A stretch of 64,000 bases of DNA from an uncultured Pseudomonadota bacterium. Lineage in GTDB: Bacteria; Pseudomonadota; Alphaproteobacteria; Rs-D84. This document shows positions 43,801 to 52,318 of this stretch, in pieces. The stretch covers positions 84,726 through 148,725 of the forward strand of contig CALABO010000014.1 in NCBI GenBank assembly GCA_937885575.1, in the 5' to 3' direction. How positions within the stretch are numbered: position 1 is the first letter of the stretch; each line of letters starts with the position of its first letter. The position numbers were made by a program, and so were the translations under genes. The notes beneath the pieces were generated by a model. That model saw only the letters and a list, made by a program, of their open reading frames with translations, did no database searches and was not told the origin of the DNA.

Positions 43801-46544
43801 GAATCCGCATGAAAACCAACAAGGTGCGTCAGGTTTGAAACGCGTGATGCAATGGCGGTTTGGACGCTTTTTCCATCGCCGGCTTCGAATCCGCGGATTT
43901 CAAGGTTTAACATATATGTTCCGGTTGGAATTTCGCGGTTAAAATCTACGTCTAGTTTTGCAACGCCATTTTCATCGGTTCGCGTGTCGGGTAAATCAAT
44001 ACTAAATGTTTGACCGGTGCGGGCAAGACCACGCGACATAGCCCCATCGGATGTGAAATTACCGGTGAATTTATACCCGCGGTATTCGTCAAATGTAAAG
44101 TCAAACGGGCGCAATGTCGCATGTGCCGAAATCCGCCTATCGGTTGCGGGCGTTCCGTAAAGGTTGTTTAAAAACACGGTCGCCCCGATGTTTTCAGGCG
44201 AAATCCAACCTGTTGTTTTTGAATCATCAATGTGGGCATTGATTTTCATTGTGTCGGGAACAAATTCTTGGACGGTGAAATAACTGTTTCCAATAGAATC
44301 TTGGATTCGGCCGCGATTGTTTAGTGAATAAATATTCACATCGTACCGGCCAATGGTTGCATCGGTTGATAGTTGCGCGGCAATGTCAAACATTCCGTCA
44401 GAATTCAATGAAATCTTTTTTTCGGTGACCGTGCGACCACGCGGGTCGGTAATTTCAATCTTTACAGGAATTTCCGCAACAGATGAAAAATTCTGATTTT
44501 CGACAATTGCGCCGATCGTCACCGTTTCGCCCGGGCGATAAATTCCGCGGTCCGAAAATACAAATGACCGCAGTGGCGTTGTGTTTGACGCATACGTCCC
44601 ACCGATATCGAATTTTGAAAATTCGGTTGTTTGTTCACCTTCGGCACTATATGGGATAAATGACACGTCGTTGTCGTGTCGCGCAACAATGGCAATTGGT
44701 TCTTTTTCATTTCTGTATTCATCATGTGAAAAGTGCGGAATATCGACAACGCCGTCCGAATTTGTGACGCCCGACCAAATTGGTTGACCGTTGCGACCAA
44801 GAACCGTGATATCAATGTCCTTGGCGGGTTTACCACTGGACAAATATGAAACGAACACGACCGAAGACCTATCAAGATTTATTTTGCGGATAATTCCAAG
44901 GTCAGTTAGCAATATCAGTCGTGCATCGCCGTATTCAGCATCGTTTTGTGTTGCACCGGCCTTTATAACAAATATGCCGGTTTGGTCATTATATGTTCGG
45001 TCAAGGTATTCGCCAAGGTTGATAGATGTATAATTCACGTGGTCGCGTGCGGTGTTCGCGAACGGTATTTTCTTTTGAAAAACGACGGACATATCGTACG
45101 CATCGAAAACCCAAGGTGCGCGGAATTCAAGGTTAGAAAAAAGATTATAAGTTTGTGTAATAAGGTGATTTATTTCGCGCGATTCTATTTTATATATGTC
45201 CACGTGCGCCGTATCAACACCGCCGCGTGCAACAAGTCCCAATTTTTTATCACCGGCAAGTGAGAGCAATGCACCGCGACCAACAATCTTTACACTGCGT
45301 TCTGGGAATGCGACGGGCATAACGGTGTTCATGCCGGTCTTCATCGTAAATCCGTTTTCCGATTGCATATCGGGCGCGATATCGACATAGATATACCTTG
45401 CCACATCGTCCGAAACATCATAAGAAAATGCGTATTGATATGTGCCCGCCGGATTTACAAAATCAACATGTTTAAGGGCAAGTTTTTCAGATTTACCGAT
45501 GATTTCAGGGGTGATTTCATCCCGCGCCCATGTATGAACATCTTCGTCGGGTTCGGATGGATTTTTCTTTGGCAACAAATACGCATTGATATATTTTGAC
45601 CAATTTGTATTTTCTTTTGCCGCCGCGGTTGTGTTTAACAGTAATAATTGCTGTGGTGCGCCGAACCGGTCATCCGCGGTTATTGTCGAAACATCCGCGA
45701 TTTTAAAGAAATCCTCTGCGGAATTTATAATTGTTTTGGCGGTGATTTTTTCCGTGCGCGATTTTTCATCGGCATCAGATATACGATTCAACTTGAAACG
45801 CAAAGTTTGCGGTTCATCTGTGATTTTGATTGGTGCCGTTTGTATCATTGCGGTGCGCATGTATCGGTCGAATTTAACGGTAAAATCAATGTGGCGCCCG
45901 TCAAGTTTCATTGAAACCTTGTCCGCAAAGTCGCGCGTTTGAATCGGATAATTAAAAGATATTATTGCAACGCCGGTGACCGAATTCTTTTCGCCCGGTG
46001 TCGCATAGGTATTAAATATATCGGTTGTGGCAACAATCGGTTCTGTTTTGAATGATACGGTTGAACGGTTGGGTCGAACATCGCGCGTGAACAGTTTGTT
46101 ATTGATTTTCACGGTGAACTTGGTTCCGGCCGGCCAATCTTGTTCGGGGGTAAATATTATTTCGTTCGGATTCGGCATTTTCCATGTGCCACGAATTGCG
46201 GGCGAAATCTTTATGTTTTGTGCAATCGACGCATCAGACGAATCGTATTTAAACGCTGGATTATTTGGGCCGGACACCGCATCGTATGATATGCGCAGTG
46301 TCCGCGGTCGCGATAAATCCCGATTATTGTTTATATCGGGGAAATTATTCGAAAGCACCGTGGACATATCATCGGTAAAATTCGTTGGGTTAGGTGCAAC
46401 GACATAGACATCCATCCTTGTGGTATGCGCGCCACGGTGCCCAAGCCAATAAAGCCCAGATGCCGCAACGACTCCGGCGGAAATTGCAATGACAAACGCG
46501 GTGCGTATCCGCCCGCCCACAGATTTTTTATTCTTTGTTTTCAT
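40812..46544 (-). CDS. bacterial alpha-2-macroglobulin family protein (YfhM-like, 1910 aa)
   Basis: Thioester motif CTEQ (YDYTCTEQMV, nt 42138-42149). Repeated MG beta-sandwich-like architecture. N-terminal TM anchor AFVIAISAGVVAASGLYWL. Operon partner pbpC. Confidence 0.9.
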   Translation of the reverse strand: MKTKNKKSVGGRIRTAFVIAISAGVVAASGLYWLGHRGAHTTRMDVYVVAPNPTNFTDDMSTVLSNNFPDINNNRDLSRPRTLRISYDAVSGPNNPAFKYDSSDASIAQNIKISPAIRGTWKMPNPNEIIFTPEQDWPAGTKFTVKINNKLFTRDVRPNRSTVSFKTEPIVATTDIFNTYATPGEKNSVTGVAIISFNYPIQTRDFADKVSMKLDGRHIDFTVKFDRYMRTAMIQTAPIKITDEPQTLRFKLNRISDADEKSRTEKITAKTIINSAEDFFKIADVSTITADDRFGAPQQLLLLNTTAAAKENTNWSKYINAYLLPKKNPSEPDEDVHTWARDEITPEIIGKSEKLALKHVDFVNPAGTYQYAFSYDVSDDVARYIYVDIAPDMQSENGFTMKTGMNTVMPVAFPERSVKIVGRGALLSLAGDKKLGLVARGGVDTAHVDIYKIESREINHLITQTYNLFSNLEFRAPWVFDAYDMSVVFQKKIPFANTARDHVNYTSINLGEYLDRTYNDQTGIFVIKAGATQNDAEYGDARLILLTDLGIIRKINLDRSSVVFVSYLSSGKPAKDIDITVLGRNGQPIWSGVTNSDGVVDIPHFSHDEYRNEKEPIAIVARHDNDVSFIPYSAEGEQTTEFSKFDIGGTYASNTTPLRSFVFSDRGIYRPGETVTIGAIVENQNFSSVAEIPVKIEITDPRGRTVTEKKISLNSDGMFDIAAQLSTDATIGRYDVNIYSLNNRGRIQDSIGNSYFTVQEFVPDTMKINAHIDDSKTTGWISPENIGATVFLNNLYGTPATDRRISAHATLRPFDFTFDEYRGYKFTGNFTSDGAMSRGLARTGQTFSIDLPDTRTDENGVAKLDVDFNREIPTGTYMLNLEIRGFEAGDGKSVQTAIASRVSNLTHLVGFHADSDLSYVARNSEHKIKLIALDNNAKATNAENLNIKLVKRENLTTLIKDYSNNYKYKTVARDTVISVTQLTIPESGTEIELNTKNGGTYYVQITDTDENILANIEYFVASDEDAELGGDANAELQIKLDKDEYKPGETINIGIVAPYTGTGLITIERDKVYAHTWFNATTTASTQKITLPDNFEGTGYVNVSFVRNINSRDVFTSPYTYGVAPFSTNIDKHKIKVELNTEPVIRDSKLDIEYSTNKDSDLMIFAVNTGILQVAGYELPNPIKHFFQKAALQVETTQILSLLLPEYNILREVAKTGGSDDVLADFANEKSALVNPFARKNLPSIAFYSGILKTTANEKKNISFEIPEYFNGSISVYAVAASDGAIGSAHTSTTVQSPVIISVSAPLFVAPNDKFTVNTIISNLTPESGENATARTDAISANKLVTIANDSNTMTVPENTEKLWAFDVTANGTLGTGDINVSTTLFDDKNTAIASRRTSSSLSIRPATTFLTDIKTGILKDTNTTLRHFENDMYDEKFARTIYISRSPSVLVRPLFMYLKNYDYTCTEQMVSKTLPYVLMPENKLLGTEYKDSAEKIAKTIQTLGNRQNNDGSFTLWANGSDYIESLKSDTTPYVTAYVMNFLTLARQGGFTVPQSMFARGIDFLREYAAQNTTTKTDAFAKAFAIYVLSLNDYVTTSYIDSLEEYTNEMIKDWETGPIGAYIAASYKMLKQTDKAFNLISKYQPNKPSPKHIDNIFDNVVANDANYTFIMRRYFDTAKNDLEQSIAEYINAGNYDSFVAAAIVMSESGASENLTLGDVDSISILADGKQVKPQFESGAVYANLPRDLTKLNIGCKNCKEPLFYTMLQQGFPKSVSNTSHGLEVTRKYYDADGNEIHSGKIGDIVDVKISVRARGDTDYVQNAVISDLLPGGFAPITDSLTGDMDFSEIREDRVLVYANIGRTPLVFSYRAQLSVAGEFTVPPITAAAMYNSAIRAVGDGDKFTVSNEAN

Positions 46545-46612
46545 CGATTTTTCCCCAATCCTAATAGTTCACAACTACATATTAGAATATAAATATCAAA
46601 ACACAAGTAAAA

Positions 46613-46700
46613 AGTGTTAGTGTAAGTGGTTAGTGTTAGGGGGGGCCGTGGAACGGGGCAGGGTATGTTTCACTAACCACTAATCACTAACACTAACACT
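46613..46700. repeat. TAGTG-unit long imperfect palindrome in a divergent promoter region
   Basis: Left arm AGTGTTAGTGTAAGTGGTTAGTGTTAG, a 31-nt G-rich centre, then right arm CACTAACCACTAATCACTAACACTAACACT. The arms are near-complementary over about 24 nt. Confidence 0.85.
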
Positions 46701-46711
46701 GTAAAAAATAC

Positions 46712-46740
46712 TTGCTTTTTTTGAAATTTTGTCATATTAT
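46712..46740 (+). promoter_or_regulatory. sigma70-like promoter upstream of rpsB
   Basis: TTGCTT-N17-TATTAT, about 120 nt upstream of the rpsB ATG. The leader contains several short hairpins. Confidence 0.5.
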
Positions 46741-46861
46741 GCGGGCACGTGCCAAAAAATTGGTGCGAAGAACACAGCCGTTGTGTGGGGTTTCTGTCCG
46801 GGCTTTCCGGTTTGTATTTCCCACCGTGGCGAGGATTTAACAGAAACAAAAAGGATAAATC

Positions 46862-47731
46862 ATGGCATTGCCAAAATTTTCTATGCAACAATTGATGGAG
46901 GCCGGCGTTCATTTCGGACACCACACCCGTCGTTGGAATCCGTTGATGACACCGTATGTTTATGGGGTCAAAGACAAAATTCATATTATCAATTTGAATA
47001 AAACCGCACCGCTGTTGCATCGCGCGCTGGTCGCGTTGGAGGCGATTACCGCCGCCGGTGGCAAGGTTTTGTTCGTTGCGACCAAGCACCAGGCCAAAGA
47101 TATTGTCAAAGATGCGGCGGAACGCACCGGACAATTTTATGTGAATAATCGTTGGTTGGGCGGTATGCTTACCAATTGGACAACCGTGTCGCAATCGATT
47201 CGCCGTTTGAAAAAGATGGAATCTGATATTGAAAATGCCGAAAAATTGGGCCTTACCAAGAAAGAAGTCGGCGTTATGACCAAAGAAGTCGCAAAATTGC
47301 GCGATGTATTTGGTGGTATTTTGGATATGCACGGTATCCCGCAGGTTATGATTGTTATTGATGTGCCACGCGAAATGAACGCGGTACGCGAAGCGAAAAA
47401 TTTGGATATTCCGACAATTGCAATCTGTGATACGAACGCGAATCCGGAAATGGTTGACTATCCGGTGCCGGGAAATGACGATGCGTCACGCGCGATTCAA
47501 CTTTATTGCGATTTGTGTGTTGATGCGATTTTGTCCGGTATTGAAAAGCGCCTTGGCGGTGCGGCCGGCAAGAAAGTAGAGGCATCTATGGCCGACGATG
47601 CGAACGATGCGTTGGAAGATGAAATGAAAGACAAAGAAATGAAACAGAAATCCAAGGTGTCGGGTGCGCGCGAAATTCGCCGCAGCAAATTAGCGGACAA
47701 AGCCGAAAAGGCAGAAAAAACCGACAAATAA
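46862..47731 (+). CDS. rpsB: 30S ribosomal protein S2
   Basis: MQQLMEAGVHFGHHTRRWNPLM and NRWLGGMLTN, with an acidic/basic C-terminal extension. Confidence 0.97.
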   Translation: MALPKFSMQQLMEAGVHFGHHTRRWNPLMTPYVYGVKDKIHIINLNKTAPLLHRALVALEAITAAGGKVLFVATKHQAKDIVKDAAERTGQFYVNNRWLGGMLTNWTTVSQSIRRLKKMESDIENAEKLGLTKKEVGVMTKEVAKLRDVFGGILDMHGIPQVMIVIDVPREMNAVREAKNLDIPTIAICDTNANPEMVDYPVPGNDDASRAIQLYCDLCVDAILSGIEKRLGGAAGKKVEASMADDANDALEDEMKDKEMKQKSKVSGAREIRRSKLADKAEKAEKTDK

Positions 47732-47805
47732 TTAAAGTGTGTGTTGCCCGGTGTGAAAAAATCGGGCAACAAAATCAATCTTTATTAAAAAAAGGGGGAA
47801 AAGAA

Positions 47806-48675
47806 ATGGCGGAAGTGACAGCAAAACTTATTCAGCAATTACGTGAAAAAACATCCGCGGGGATGCTTGATTGCAAAAAGGCATTGATTGAAAATAATGG
47901 CGATATTGATGCGGCGGCCGATTGGTTGCGCCAAAAAGGTATTGTCAAGGCGGCATCCAAGGCCGGTCGTGTGGCGGCTTCGGGCTTGGTTACCGTTGTA
48001 AAATGCGACAATATGGGTTGCGTTGTGGAATTGAACGCGGAAACCGACTTTGTTGCGAAAAATGAAAAGTTCCAAAAATTGGTTGCGGATGTTGCAAACA
48101 AAGCATTGGAATTGTCGGGCGATTTTGATGCGACACTTGCCGCGGTGCATGATGATATTGCGGCGACAATCGCGACAATTGGTGAAAATATGAACCTGCG
48201 CCGTATTTCCAAGGTTTCCGGTGACCATATTTTCAGTTATATTCATAATGCACTGGTTCCGGGTATGGGACAGATTGGTGTTGTGGTTGCGATAAATGGT
48301 GACGGCGATAAAATTGCCGAAGTTGGTCCAAAAATCGCGATGCACATCGCCGCGAACAAGCCGGAATTTATGACGATTGCCGATGTTGATCCGGCGGCGG
48401 TCGAACGCGAAAAGAAGGTCTTTATTGAATCCGGCGCGACGGCGGGCAAACCGGAAAACATCGTTGAAAAGATGGTCGAAGGTCGCATGAAAAAATACTA
48501 TGCCGAATCCGTTTTGGAAGAACAGCCGTTCGTTATGGACGCGTCCAAGACCGTGAAACAGGTGCTGGACGAAGCGGGCGGTAAATTGGCGGGCTTTGCG
48601 TATTTTGTGCTGGGCGAAGGTATTGAAAAACGCGAAGACAATTTGGCCGACGAAGTAGCAAAAATGTTACACTAG
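47806..48675 (+). CDS. tsf: translation elongation factor Ts
   Basis: LIQQLREKTSAGMLDCKKALIENNGDIDAAADWLRQKG and ETDFVAKNEKF. Start MAEVTA at 47806 behind AAAGGGGGAA. Confidence 0.97.
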   Translation: MAEVTAKLIQQLREKTSAGMLDCKKALIENNGDIDAAADWLRQKGIVKAASKAGRVAASGLVTVVKCDNMGCVVELNAETDFVAKNEKFQKLVADVANKALELSGDFDATLAAVHDDIAATIATIGENMNLRRISKVSGDHIFSYIHNALVPGMGQIGVVVAINGDGDKIAEVGPKIAMHIAANKPEFMTIADVDPAAVEREKKVFIESGATAGKPENIVEKMVEGRMKKYYAESVLEEQPFVMDASKTVKQVLDEAGGKLAGFAYFVLGEGIEKREDNLADEVAKMLH

Positions 48676-48727
48676 TGTAAGTGTTAGTCCCGCTTTCGCT
48701 GTCGCTACAGCGAGGCAGGGGTTAGTG
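48670..48727 (+). repeat. TAGTG-unit repeat (single orientation) overlapping the tsf stop codon
   Basis: CACTAGTGTAAGTGTTAGT, then the hairpin CGCTGT-CGCT-ACAGCG, then GTTAGTG. No inverted partner was found downstream. Confidence 0.7.
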
Positions 48728-48752
48728 CGCGGGGCAAAAGCCCCGCGTTTTT
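48728..48752 (+). terminator. rho-independent terminator after tsf
   Basis: Stem CGCGGGGC / GCCCCGCG with loop AAAA, followed by TTTTT. Confidence 0.8.
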
Positions 48753-48968
48753 ATGTAATCCCAGAGAATCGTCATACCGCGGTATCGGGCCCCGTAAAAA
48801 ATGAGCAACATTTTTTGTGGGTGATTTCACGCGGTATCTCTGCGGGGTTGCAGTGAATAAAATTCACGACTTGTATGACGAGACCCCGCGTCAAGCGCGG
48901 GGTGACGAGTTTTTTTATGGCGGGGAAAAAACACGATTGCGCCCGTGTTTTTTGAATTGTTATTGTTT

Positions 48969-49676
48969 TTATTTTTTTACATTTGCAGACATACGCGATA
49001 CTATCGTTTTGCATAAATTCAGAACATTATCGGGGTCGGTGCCGACGGCGTTGCGTATATCGTCATCGGTCACAATGGGTCTATATCCGTAAAATAACTC
49101 TGGCTCTCTGCAATCGGATAGCGCCCATACCAGTGTATAAAAATTACTGGCTATGCCGTTTTGTTTAACCTGTTCTTTATACTGAGTGGCATAGTCGGGT
49201 ATGTCAACATGGTTTATTTGTTCCAGAATTATATGTGCAAAATCAAGACCTGTTAAAGAATAAAAAAGTAATTGAACTGGTAAATGTGTGTCTGTCATGT
49301 ACCTAAGATTATTAGGCAGTACACATTTGCCAAGAATTTCGTTTACGAATTGTTTTCTATCCAATATTTGGCCGTCATTATTCATTATATTATTGTCTAT
49401 CGCGGAACGTAATAAGTCATATAGTTCGTATTGATAACTGCTATGAAAATTTCTTGTTTTATTATACAATTGTTCAAATACGGGCTCTATAAAACGTTTG
49501 GCCGCTTTCCGTGCGTCTGACATGGTTCCATGCTTACATCTTTCACTTGCGGACGCACCAAGTCTAAATTCCGGTTCTGATTTTGTTTTCATCCAGATGA
49601 GATAGGCGTCCAACAAATCACGCTTAGTCAGTTTTGTTGCATACAGTTCAATCAATAAATTACATGCATTTTTCAT
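48969..49676 (-). CDS. hypothetical protein (235 aa), AT-rich orphan
   Basis: Long ORF with no signal peptide and no recognised motif. Visually low GC relative to the tsf and tyrS flanks. Confidence 0.55.
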   Translation of the reverse strand: MKNACNLLIELYATKLTKRDLLDAYLIWMKTKSEPEFRLGASASERCKHGTMSDARKAAKRFIEPVFEQLYNKTRNFHSSYQYELYDLLRSAIDNNIMNNDGQILDRKQFVNEILGKCVLPNNLRYMTDTHLPVQLLFYSLTGLDFAHIILEQINHVDIPDYATQYKEQVKQNGIASNFYTLVWALSDCREPELFYGYRPIVTDDDIRNAVGTDPDNVLNLCKTIVSRMSANVKK

Positions 49677-49815
49677 TTTTTGCCTCTTTTACTTGCATTG
49701 TTGCATATATAAACTTTTTGTCAAATTGTTTTTACGAAAAAAGTTTGGTTGAATTTTGTTAGGGGTTCGGTTAGAATTGGCATAATCAATGGTTGAATTT
49801 TAGTTGAGGTATATT

Positions 49816-51030
49816 ATGCAAAATGACTTATTACATGAATTGGAATTGCGCGGGTTTATAAACCAGTGTTCTGATATGGGCGCGTTGAACGATGCACTAA
49901 ATAATGGCAAAATCACCGCGTATTTGGGGTCGGATCCAACGGCGGATTCGTTGCATGTGGGGCACCTTGTCCCCGTTATGATGATGCGATGGTTGCAAAA
50001 ATATGGCCATCGGCCATTGATGTTGGTTGGGGGGGCAACCGGGCGCATTGGTGACCCGTCGGGGCGTGATACGGGCCGGCCGATGATGACCGAAGAAACA
50101 CTTGCCAAAAATATCGCGGGGCTTAAGAAATCTTATTCCAAGTTTTTGAATTTTGGCGATGGTGCATCGGATGCGATTATTGTTGATAACTATGATTGGA
50201 TGAAAAATTATGGGCATATTGATTTTTTGGCGCAGTTTGGAACGGACTTTACCGTGCCGCGTATGTTATCCATGGAAAGTGTAAAACGCCGCTTGGAAAA
50301 CGGTATGACATTTTTGGAATTTAATTATATGACTTTCCAGGCGGTTGACTTTTTGACACTTTATAAAAAATATGGTTGTGTGTTGCAACTTTGCGGTGCG
50401 GACCAGTGGGGCAACGCCGTTATGGGAATCGAACTTATACGCAAAAAGTTGGGCAAGGAAGCGTATGTTTTGTCCACCGCACTGATTACCGATGCGGCCG
50501 GGAATAAGATTGGTAAATCCGCGGGCAATGCGGTTTGGGTAAATGAAGACAAATTATCGCCGTATGATTATTGGCAATACTTTCGTAATACGCCCGATGA
50601 ATTGGTGGAAAAGTTCCTTAAAATCTTCACCGAAATTCCGATGGATGAAATTGAAAAACTTTCCAAATTGCAGGGTTCGGAATTGAACGATGCAAAAAAG
50701 ATTCTGGCCCGTGCGGCGACGACGATTGCGCATGGTGCGGCGGCGGCGGATGATGCGGAACGCACGGCGGCGGCGCTGTTTGGTGGCGGGGGTGATATGC
50801 AAAATGTGCCGAGTGTCCAAATCGAAATGCCGGAACAAATGGGCGCGCTTGATTTCCTGTGTGCGGCGGGGCTGTTTGATACGAAATCTGATGCGCGCCG
50901 TATGATAGAGCAAGGCGGCGTTCAGATTGATGGCGAAAAACTTACCGATTGGCGCGCGGTTGTTGCGAAAAAGCCGGAATTTATGGTGCAACGTGGCAAA
51001 AAAACACACTTAAAGGTGATTGTGAAATAA
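49816..51030 (+). CDS. tyrS: tyrosine--tRNA ligase
   Basis: HIGH motif (SLHVGHLV), KMSKS-like KIGKS, C-terminal S4 domain. Start MQNDLL at 49816. Confidence 0.95.
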   Translation: MQNDLLHELELRGFINQCSDMGALNDALNNGKITAYLGSDPTADSLHVGHLVPVMMMRWLQKYGHRPLMLVGGATGRIGDPSGRDTGRPMMTEETLAKNIAGLKKSYSKFLNFGDGASDAIIVDNYDWMKNYGHIDFLAQFGTDFTVPRMLSMESVKRRLENGMTFLEFNYMTFQAVDFLTLYKKYGCVLQLCGADQWGNAVMGIELIRKKLGKEAYVLSTALITDAAGNKIGKSAGNAVWVNEDKLSPYDYWQYFRNTPDELVEKFLKIFTEIPMDEIEKLSKLQGSELNDAKKILARAATTIAHGAAAADDAERTAAALFGGGGDMQNVPSVQIEMPEQMGALDFLCAAGLFDTKSDARRMIEQGGVQIDGEKLTDWRAVVAKKPEFMVQRGKKTHLKVIVK

Positions 51031-52107
51031 ATGTTTCGCGCGGTTGTTGCTTTGGTGGTTTTGTTGGGGGGGGCAAGTGTTTCGGTGGCCGCCCCTTCGG
51101 AACTTGATAAAATTCAACAGCAAATTCGCCAAACGGAACAGAAAAACAAGCAACTTGAACAGCAGGTTAAAACATCGGACCGTGATGTGGAAAAGACCAA
51201 AAAGCAACTTGTGACCGCGGCGGACAAGGTTTCGTCACTCGAAGAATTGCGGGCGGAATTGGCCAAGAAAATTGCGGAATTGGACGCGCGGCGCGAAGTG
51301 ATTTCGGCAGAGTTGGAAAAAAATCGTGAACGGGTGGCGGATGCGGCGGCGACGGTTTTGTTCTTTGCCGCGAACCCAAGTTTCGATACCGAAGATATGC
51401 ACAATTTCGTTCTGACTTCGGCGGTGATGACGGGGATGGCCGATAATTTGGAGGAACATATTAGGGACGCGGCAAAAAAAATCGATGAACTTGATAAAAT
51501 CCGCGAAGCGCGCGCGATTGAAAAAGAAAAACTTGATAGAACCGCGAAAAAATATGCCGATGAAAAAAGTTTGCTTGATAAATTATTGCGGCGGCGGTCG
51601 GCACAAAACGAAAAGTTGCGGGGCGAACATGCGGCATTGCAAAAAAAATTGCGCGAATTGTCGGCGCGCGCAAAAAGTATTTCTGAATTGTCCGCCGGCG
51701 TGGGGAGTTCCGAAATGTCCGCAGATGCGCGTTTTTCAATTCGAAAGCTGAATCAGCCCGTGCGCGGGCGCGTTGTCGTTCGCTTTGGGGAAAAGACGGC
51801 GCTGGGGTTAAAGTCCGACGGGTGGCGGATTCATACGCGTTCGGATGCACTGGTGTCCGCGCCCGCCGATGGTGTTGTGAAATTTGCCGACAGTTTCAAG
51901 GGTTTTGGCCGCGTTATAATTATTTCGCATAAAAATGGGTATAATACGGTTATGACAAACCTTGGGACCATTGATGTTATAGTGGGCCAGGAAGTCCTTG
52001 GTGGCGAACCCGTTGGGCGTATGAATCCGGACAAGCCAGAGATGTATTTAGAGGTGCGGCGTGGCGACAAGGCCGTTGACCCCGCAAGGATTTTTAAGGA
52101 AGAGTGA
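51031..52107 (+). CDS. envC: EnvC-like murein hydrolase activator (coiled coil plus degenerate LytM domain)
   Basis: Signal peptide, long coiled coil (QQIRQTEQKNKQLEQQVK...), and a C-terminal LytM fold that lacks the HxxxD and HxH zinc ligands (PEMYLEVRR replaces PHLHFE). It lies adjacent to ctpA. Confidence 0.75.
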   Translation: MFRAVVALVVLLGGASVSVAAPSELDKIQQQIRQTEQKNKQLEQQVKTSDRDVEKTKKQLVTAADKVSSLEELRAELAKKIAELDARREVISAELEKNRERVADAAATVLFFAANPSFDTEDMHNFVLTSAVMTGMADNLEEHIRDAAKKIDELDKIREARAIEKEKLDRTAKKYADEKSLLDKLLRRRSAQNEKLRGEHAALQKKLRELSARAKSISELSAGVGSSEMSADARFSIRKLNQPVRGRVVVRFGEKTALGLKSDGWRIHTRSDALVSAPADGVVKFADSFKGFGRVIIISHKNGYNTVMTNLGTIDVIVGQEVLGGEPVGRMNPDKPEMYLEVRRGDKAVDPARIFKEE

Positions 52108-52263
52108 TTAGTGTAAGTGGGTAGTGGGCGACATCCCCCGACCGTTCGGTCGGACCCCTCTGGCCAGAGGGGAACTTTGTATTCTGGAAAAAAAACCTAA
52201 TCACGAACCGATTCCAGAGACTACTAACCACTAGCACTAACCACTTACACTTCCCACTAACAC
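52103..52263. repeat. composite repeat: TAGTG-unit arms enclosing GC-rich hairpins
   Basis: Left arm AGTGATTAGTGTAAGTGGGTAGTGGG. Hairpins CCGACC-GTTC-GGTCGG and CCCCTCTGGCCAGAGGGG (52155-52172), plus TCTGGAA..TTCCAGA. Right arm CTACTAACCACTAGCACTAACCACTTACACTTCCCACTAACAC. Confidence 0.85.
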
Positions 52264-52318
52264 TTTTTGTTGCGGACGGGATTTTTTTATTATAAACTTT
52301 GCGCAAAAGGATTTTACT

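Noticed and set aside
49746-49801. A 12-nt direct repeat TGGTTGAATTTT (49746-49757 and 49790-49801) upstream of tyrS, and a possible T-box leader.
   Set aside because: No T-box or specifier-loop features are visible. The repeat is AT-rich and short, so I cannot distinguish a regulatory site from chance.
51066-51073. A G8 homopolymer in the signal-peptide region of the envC-like gene as a slipped-strand phase-variation switch.
   Set aside because: Comparable G7 runs occur inside tilS (20803-20809), tyrS (50029-50035) and the 350-aa orphan (19191-19197) as ordinary Gly-Gly codons. No evidence of length heterogeneity is available.
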